Shown here: positions 50,331 through 64,000 of the stretch, one piece after another
How positions within the stretch are numbered: position 1 is the stretch's first letter
Layout: each line of letters opens with the position of its first letter
NCBI GenBank assembly: GCA_039621445.1
Contig: CP154954.1
Coordinates: forward strand, 4,826,950 to 4,890,949
Source: Euglena gracilis
Lineage: Eukaryota
Direction of reading: 5' to 3'
DNA: 64,000 bases
Notes under the pieces: model-generated
Seen by the model: only the letters and a program-made list of their open reading frames with translations
What the model was told of the DNA's origin: nothing
Databases searched by the model: none
Translations under genes and position numbers: made by a program

Positions 50331-52636
50331 GCGGCGGCCCAGCCCTGCACAGGGAACGGGTTGGTGGATGGGGGCACTCTGTGGCTCTGGTAACCCCCTC
50401 CCAATGGCAGAGTCGAAATTGGGGGGAGGGGGTTGACTCGTGCGACCCAGTTTGGGCTCCTTGTTGGCTGAACACCTCTGGCCTGGCGGGGAATTGGGGG
50501 GGGGGGTCAGCCGGAGGTGATTTGGAAAGCCGGGATCCGGTTGATCGCAGCTAAAAAAAAAATATCACAAAACTGACTATCACGGCCCATTCCAGGAACG
50601 GGTCATGATAATCCGCGGTTTTCATCCCCACCGAGATGATTTTTCTTCCCCACCCCCCCCCCCAGGACCGAGTTCAGTTGCCCAAATAATCTTCCCATTT
50701 TATTTTTGCCCATACTGCACTAAAAATTTCTCGAGATAAAAGAAATTGTAGCACGAAAGACGTTTTCTGGATTCATAAATACTTCGCTGAAATAATTGGC
50801 ATATGTCTATTCTGGAAACTTATGACAAGTGGATAATAAGGCATTTCAAGAAGAAGAAATAATCAAACAAAGTACATTTCAGGTCTCACAATTGGCCAAC
50901 GACAATCTGCCCCAAAATAATGCACCTCCCTTTGCGGGTGGACTTCTTCCAACTTAAATAGAAATTACACTCTGGGGAGGATGTATATGAGGTTTTTGCA
51001 CAGAAAAAAATGAATGTAATTTGAAATTATTTGAAATCCCCCAAAAAAAGAAAACTGATAACCACCCACCTGGTTCCGGGCCGGTTGCAGGCTTTTTCCA
51101 GCCAAGGGCATATTCAGGGTTCGATATAAGGATAGGGGTGTGCGCGGTTTAGGTAGAGGGTGTCCCCCCCTTGCTGGACCAGGGGTGACTCCTGGTCCGA
51201 CCCAACCACCTGCCCTTATGTCGAAGCCCGGGAAGCCAATTCATCAATACATTATCTGCGCATTTTCGGTCCTTTCTGGGCCTTTTATATTTATTTTATT
51301 TATTTTTTATAATATATTTTCCCATTTTTATTTCAGCATATGAACAAACAATGTGGTACATAGAATGTGCTGTCTGTCCTGCTTTACCCTCATTTTAGTA
51401 TTAGTTAGAAACTGTTTCACCAACCCTTGGAGAATGCTGTTTCTGCTTCTGTTTACCCCAGAGCCTGTATTTCAAACGAACGCAGCCTATCCGTGTGAAG
51501 GGGTTCACCAAAACATGGCACAGGATGAAAAGAACAAGCTCGCAATGCATTTAGCCTGAAGAATTGAGAGCAAAAAAAGAAACATGTTCTGGAAAACACT
51601 TCTGTTTTTTTCAACTATCAACACCAAGAGAAAAAAGACAAATACAAAAGAGAGACGGAGGGGGGGGGAGAACTGCAAAGGACTTATAACTGGTACTCCG
51701 TGCCCCATGGTGGGCACACAATGCTTCTCTTTGAGGGGGATGGCGCAAGATGTGGCATTGACTGGTCAGAGAGACCGGCGTGAGTAAGAGCCAACGTGAT
51801 TTTGGATTTGGTTAAAAAGGCATGAGTGGTAACCATGCCATGCCGATGGTGCCACCAGCTAGTGAGAAGCAGAAACATACAAAGCAATTCAATCCTTTTG
51901 CAGCTCTGCATTGCTTGGCAGTCATCAGGTGGGAAAGAACTGTTTTAAAAGCAATAAATGGTCTGCCGGTGTGATCCTCCACAGGAAGGAAATTGCGTGC
52001 AGCTGTGGGCTTCTCGCACAATCCTTGAGACAATTCCTCAATGCAATATATCATGCTACCTGCATTTGCAAGAGTAACCAGACAGGCACCACCGGTGGCC
52101 AAACAGCATACTACAGGCAAGAGGGGGGAAGGAACGGTGCGACGGAGGCATGCAACAACAAAATCACAGGTGACGCACTGAGGGCACTTTCCATGGGAAA
52201 AACCAAGGGTTTGGCACTGAAGTTGGAGTGGTGCCCTCCGATGGTGGGGGGATGAGGTGAAATGAGGAAGATACGGTGGGTAATTGTCTTGGACGTGGCT
52301 GGTTTGGGGGGGGGGGAGTGAATGACTGGGGTTTGGAAAAAATAGGTTTTGACCTCCCAGGGGATTGGCAAAGTAAGGGTTATCTGAAAACCCAAAAAAA
52401 AAACCAATGGCACTGCATTAAGTGCGCCGCGGGGCACAAAATAAAATAAAAAATTCGCGGCGATCGCAGGACAAGGAAAACTTTTGCCTCCATGGACGTG
52501 GCACAAAAACGCGGCGTTGCTGGTTTCCATTTTTTTGCAGTTGTCGTGGCACAAAGAAACCTCCCTTTTTTTTCTCCGCTCGCCTACAGACATCGTGAGG
52601 ATACACACGTTATTACAACATCCCACTGGCAACGCG

Positions 52637-52715
52637 CAGGGCTGTACGGGAAGGCCTGGTCGACCCCCCCCCAACCCACCATCCACAGATTTTCGGGTAT
52701 TCCTGTATAGTCCTG
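52637..52715. mobile_element. Short hAT-like MITE related to the 63731-63934 intron
   Basis: CAGGGCTGTACGGGAA...TTCCTGTATAGTCCTG; flanks GCAACGCG/GCCACACG (6/8). Confidence 0.65.
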
Positions 52716-55700
52716 GCCACACGCTCACCTTTGAACTCCCCAGAAGCATAAGGTGGCCCCCAAGGGGGACAGCAGCGTGGAACGCGGCTTTCCAGCTGCC
52801 TCATGATGAGGTTTGGTGGGCCGGAACACGACCCCGATTCCGGCACTGCCTATGAAAGGGCCCCGGAACAACGGGGGGGGGGGGGGCTGCACATCAAACA
52901 ACGGACCGGTGAAGTGCAGGGAGGCGAAAGGCAGGGGGTTTGGGGGCGGGCTCAGTACGGGGGCCGGGGGAGGCTCTCCAGGGAGCGGCGGGGCAGGGGT
53001 CGGTTGATGAGGTCCACCCACGGTTCGGAGCTGGACTGGAGGGCGGGGCCAGAGGTCCGGCCAGGGAGGGCGGGAGACTCTCCGGAGCAGGGGTGCCCGG
53101 AGGGTCCCTGGGCGGGCGTTGGGTGGGGGAGGAGTGGGGAAGGGGAGGCCCCCCCACTCCATCCCACTCCTGAGAAAACCCTAAAATAAATAAAATAAAG
53201 TAAAATGATATATATATATATATATATATGCAATTATATATATATATATATATAATTATATATATTATTATATATAAAGATATGTATAATAATATTTATA
53301 TACATAATTATATATATTATAAATATAATATATATATATATATATCTATATTATATTTAATAAAATAATAAATACTTCTGCTTCTGCACTTCCAGCCATC
53401 AGGGGGTTCTAATTGAAGAAAAGGAAAAAAATACACCACACGTTTGTCCATAAAGAGGGGGTCATAAATGTCCAGGTAGTCCGGTGACAATATGAAAATT
53501 ACCTGGCATTATTGCTCCTAGCAAACGGAACGTCAAAGATAAGCCTTCAACAGGAACGACAAGAAAAAGAGTTGCAGCAGGGGGGGGGACGTAATTTCTG
53601 AACAAATCAACAAAAAATTGCCACAAAAAAATGAGCAAGACTCTGGAAGAGGCTATTCTCGGGGCTTGGTGGTGTACGCGGCAACGGAGCCAGTTGCTTG
53701 CCTGGGAGAGATAACCAACGATGCAGACTGGACTAGAAAAGAAAAGGCACTGCTGGGATTTTCCTGGAGCTCTCTCTACCTGGCCGCAAAGAAAACCTTT
53801 CGAAAAGACACGTGATTAATTTCATTATATCCCTGCACAATGTGCTTGCAGGGAACGAGGCAAAATGCTTCTATTTGCCAGATAAATAGATTTAAACCAG
53901 TGACCACCCCCCACCTGGCAAAAAATGATGATTTTATGTGTGTAATCATTTAAAACAAAGGAATCGTGCTTCGGGCGTTTACCTAAAAGTGGGTGCCTGG
54001 ATGCCGGAAATCAATGCAAAAAATGCGTGATTACATGAGACAAGAACGACATTTAATAGACAAGACCTTGAATTTGAGGACAATTGCCAACCAACCTGAG
54101 CTATCAAAGACCCCTATTTGGTGAAACAACACAAATGGATACAAAATTTTGCAGATAGAAGAAGTCAAGTTCACTGAATGAAGAACACCAACGTCTGAAG
54201 GTCCAACGTACAGGATGGGCATACTTGGTGTACGGACGCCCTTCCGGTGGTAATAGTGGTTGCCACAGAATGTGGGTTGGGCCTGTATGCAAAAACAAAC
54301 GACCAGGGCCAGAAAATTAATTCAAAAAGCATGGCTGGTAAAGTGCTTTTCTTGGCAGGGCTGGATTGTCAGTTGCCCAATAGAAAGACGCGGGACTACA
54401 AAATGCAAGCAGACATTACAGTTTTGAACAAACAATCAATCTAACCAATCAACCACATCACACACTGGTCAGCCAATCGCATATTAATTCGGATCGGCGA
54501 GCCCAAATCCATATCGCTGTCTGGCACAACGTGCACAGATGGGCACCTGTGCTGGAAAGCCCCGAGACCCATCCGCGTGAATGACAGGGGAAGAGCCGCC
54601 TGCTGCGGCAGCGCCAGACGCGGGCAGCGGGTACGACCGCGACAGGGAGCACAGCGTGCAGTCCGGAATGCTGCGGAAAGACAAGGAGGGGTTGGCAGCC
54701 CTTGGAATCACTACCAGGGGTTTTCTTAAGGACCCGGGAGGGGAGTCCCACGGGCCGGCAGGAAAAAGGTGCTGGTTGAGTGGGCGGTTCAGGGGGGGGT
54801 CCAGCTGGCTGGGAGCTCGACCCAGCAGGTACCCCAAAAAAAAAATGCCCGAAAAAGCCAAAAGCCAGCTGGGCTGGCATTTCTCACCCAAAGTTTGGGG
54901 TGAAAACCCAAAAACCACCCCCAAAAAATGCCATTCTTTGGCCATTTTTTTACCCTTCGCGCCGAAAATTTTCATTTAGGTCTTCGGGCCAGCCCGAACT
55001 TTATTTCACGGACCTATGGGGGGGGGGCAAGCGTGGCTGGGAGATGCTGGCTGGAAAAAGGTGCGGCCGGCTCTCCTCGGGGTAGGGTTCCCTCCGGCTT
55101 AAATAACCCCTGCTCCATACTCTTTTAGGGTTGGGGGGTCGATAAACCTCACTTGCCTTGTGCTATGGGGTGCCTGCACACAGCAGGCACACCCCCGAGG
55201 GGGGGTCAATTTGGGTCCTGGTATCTGCTTGCCAAGCCAATTTTCCCTGGAAAATAACTGTTTTTCGGGCCCACAACGCCTTTATCAGGGGGAATTCTGA
55301 AATAAAAACCCACCCCAAAACCAAAACCCGACCCCTGGGGGGGGCAGGGTCGAAAATGCCCCCCCCCGGGGGGGGCGAACCAGGTTTCTTTTTAACACCC
55401 CCAGGGGGGTTCCTCCCACCCACCCACCCAGCCTGGCGCAGAACCGCCGGGGGGAATTTGGGCCGTCTGAGGGCATTTCCCAAAAAAAAATGTTCGTCAC
55501 ATCGCACCAAAACCCACACCGGGGCCTCTGTGCTGGGACCCGGGGGGGGGGGGGGGCTCCGGCTCTGGACCCGCCCACTCACCCCACGTGGAGGGGTCTT
55601 CTGAGTTAAAAAGAAGCTGACACAGGAGGGTGACAGAAACCAGTGCCTGGGCGACTATGCACACAGGCAGGGGGAACGGGCAAACAAAAACCGTACCTCC

Positions 55701-56153
55701 TCTCTGACATTGGAGAACCTGCTTGGCCACGGGCAGACAACTGCACCAGCCTGCACCAGCGAGGTTTCACTGAAACTTCAGATAACAGAAGCTTCCGGAA
55801 TATCCCAACTGGTGATGGCGCAGAGGACAAGTTCCTGTTTCAATTGAGTTTTAAAATAATACGAAACCCACTTTTGGAACATACGGAGCATAGTGGATGG
55901 CACTGCGACTTGGCAAGAATCATTGTAGTCCCTTGTCTCTTTCGGTTTTCGTTTTCTGGGTTATTGGAGCTTATTTTTTTCACTGCTGTTGTAGGGGGTG
56001 GAGTTACAAACATACGATGCCTATGGAGGAATGTGAATAACGGAAAGGCAGGCAGGTGGACGGAGAGAGTGGATGCCGTCGGACAAAGAAAGGTGAGCGG
56101 CGGGCCACCTGCAAAAATCAAACAAACTTGCATCCTTAAATGTGGAGCTGGTA

Positions 56154-56621
56154 CCCGCCCCCCCCCCCCCCGGGCAATTGTCGCGCGACAAATCGGGCAG
56201 CACGGAGGGGGGTGACAATTTCCCGGGGTGACAATTTGGCCAGCACGGAGGGGGGTGACAATTGCCCGGGGGCGTCAATTGCCCGGGGGCGTCAATTGCC
56301 CACCCATGTCAGCCACATTAAATCCAAATGACCAAAAACACCATCTGAAACACCAGTGAACACGCAAAAATGAAGCTGGGGTTGTGATATTGTGCAGAGC
56401 ATTTGGTATGTGACATTTCTAGCGAAATAGAGAATCAATCCAGTCGTGTCGGCTAAATGAAAGTTCACAAACATCTTCTGTGGGGGGGGGGGTGACAAAT
56501 TGGGCAGCACGGAGGGGGGTGACAATTTCCCGGGGTGACAAATTGGCCGGCACAGCCAGGGGTGACAATTGCCCGGGGGCGTCAATTGCCCGGGGGCGTC
56601 AATTGCCCGGGGGGGGGGGGG
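56154..56621. mobile_element. TA-flanked MITE, second copy
   Basis: Same TIRs, TA flanks and internal sequence as 10377-10861. Confidence 0.85.
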
Positions 56622-57439
56622 TAAGAAAAAACACACAAATGAGTGAGATTCGCACACAGCTATGTTGAAAAAAATATCGCCAGGTCAGACTGCAGGCGGA
56701 CAACAGGGTTCGATGGCTCGTGGCAACAGTGGATAGGGGGGGGGGGATATGAAATGATAGTTAGGCGAAACTTAAAAGCTAGTAAAGAGCAAGTTGCTCT
56801 GGCTGGTGGTCAGCCACTCTGGAAATCACGGGTTTATTGACCAAAATTGTAAAAGGCCAAAACTTTCCGGCACCTTAGGCGCCAGGTCACTTTAGCAGCT
56901 CTTTTCCGACACCACCCCGTCCTCGGGGGGGGGGGACCAAAAAACCAGTCAATCACTCTGAAAAACAGTCACCCCCGTTCAGGTCAGGTGTTTGAAAATT
57001 GGCCTAAAAAACGCGCAACCACCAGGGAGTTGCTTTGGGACCCCAGGGTTCCAGCTCACAGGCTGGAAAACTATTGGGCTGGCTGGAAAAAGGCTGCTGG
57101 CTAACCCCCCCCCCGGGTTTCAGGCAAGAACTGGTCCTGACTGGGATCGAACTGGGTGACAACAAATCGAAACTGCAAAAATGTCAAAAAACTGCCAACT
57201 ATGCAAAAAAAATTCGAAATTTTGTCGGTGCGAAGTGCCGAAAATTTTTGGAAAAGCTTCAGTATGCTTTGGTTTTCACTAATTCAGCTCCTTTATGATC
57301 GCGAAACACACTTGCCAACAACATCAAATGAAATTGCCTCTGCGCAGGAGAAGACACGCCGAGTGAGGGGACTTGCTGGCAAAAGCCTCCCTCCCCGTGA
57401 CTTTCCACCAGCGCGACGCAAAGGGCATACAACGGAGGC

Positions 57440-64000
<6,561 letters not shown>

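Noticed and set aside
54030-54300. Possible RNase H/retroelement remnant (WCTDA...CGLGLY)
   Set aside because: Only a few residues, multiple stops, and no RT motif seen.

Overview
Eukaryotic, intron-rich genomic DNA, most consistent with a euglenid nucleus because many introns are nonconventional (non-GT-AG, stem-closed). Four protein genes can be assembled by hand from short GC-rich exons, all on the minus strand: a kinesin with a kinesin-7/CENP-E-like motor (~3-22240), a mitoribosomal mS23/Rsm25-like protein (25603-32847), a four-TM claudin/amastin-like protein (~46570-50330) and an IQ-motif protein (~57440 to beyond the window end). Introns are a mix of GT-AG/GC-AG introns and about 15 nonconventional ones whose ends pair from intron position +4 to position -6, usually as nnnCAG...CTGnnnnn. 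Non-coding DNA is packed with short non-autonomous DNA transposons: CAG/CAT/TAG-ended elements with 8-bp target-site duplications (TSDs; hAT-like) and TA-flanked foldback elements (Tc1/mariner-like). Main observation: several nonconventional introns are themselves hAT-like MITEs inserted in coding sequence. The 3+5 nt outside the terminal inverted repeats (TIRs) add up to one 8-bp TSD, so splicing restores the reading frame exactly. Gene models and splice sites are inferred from sequence alone, without transcript data.
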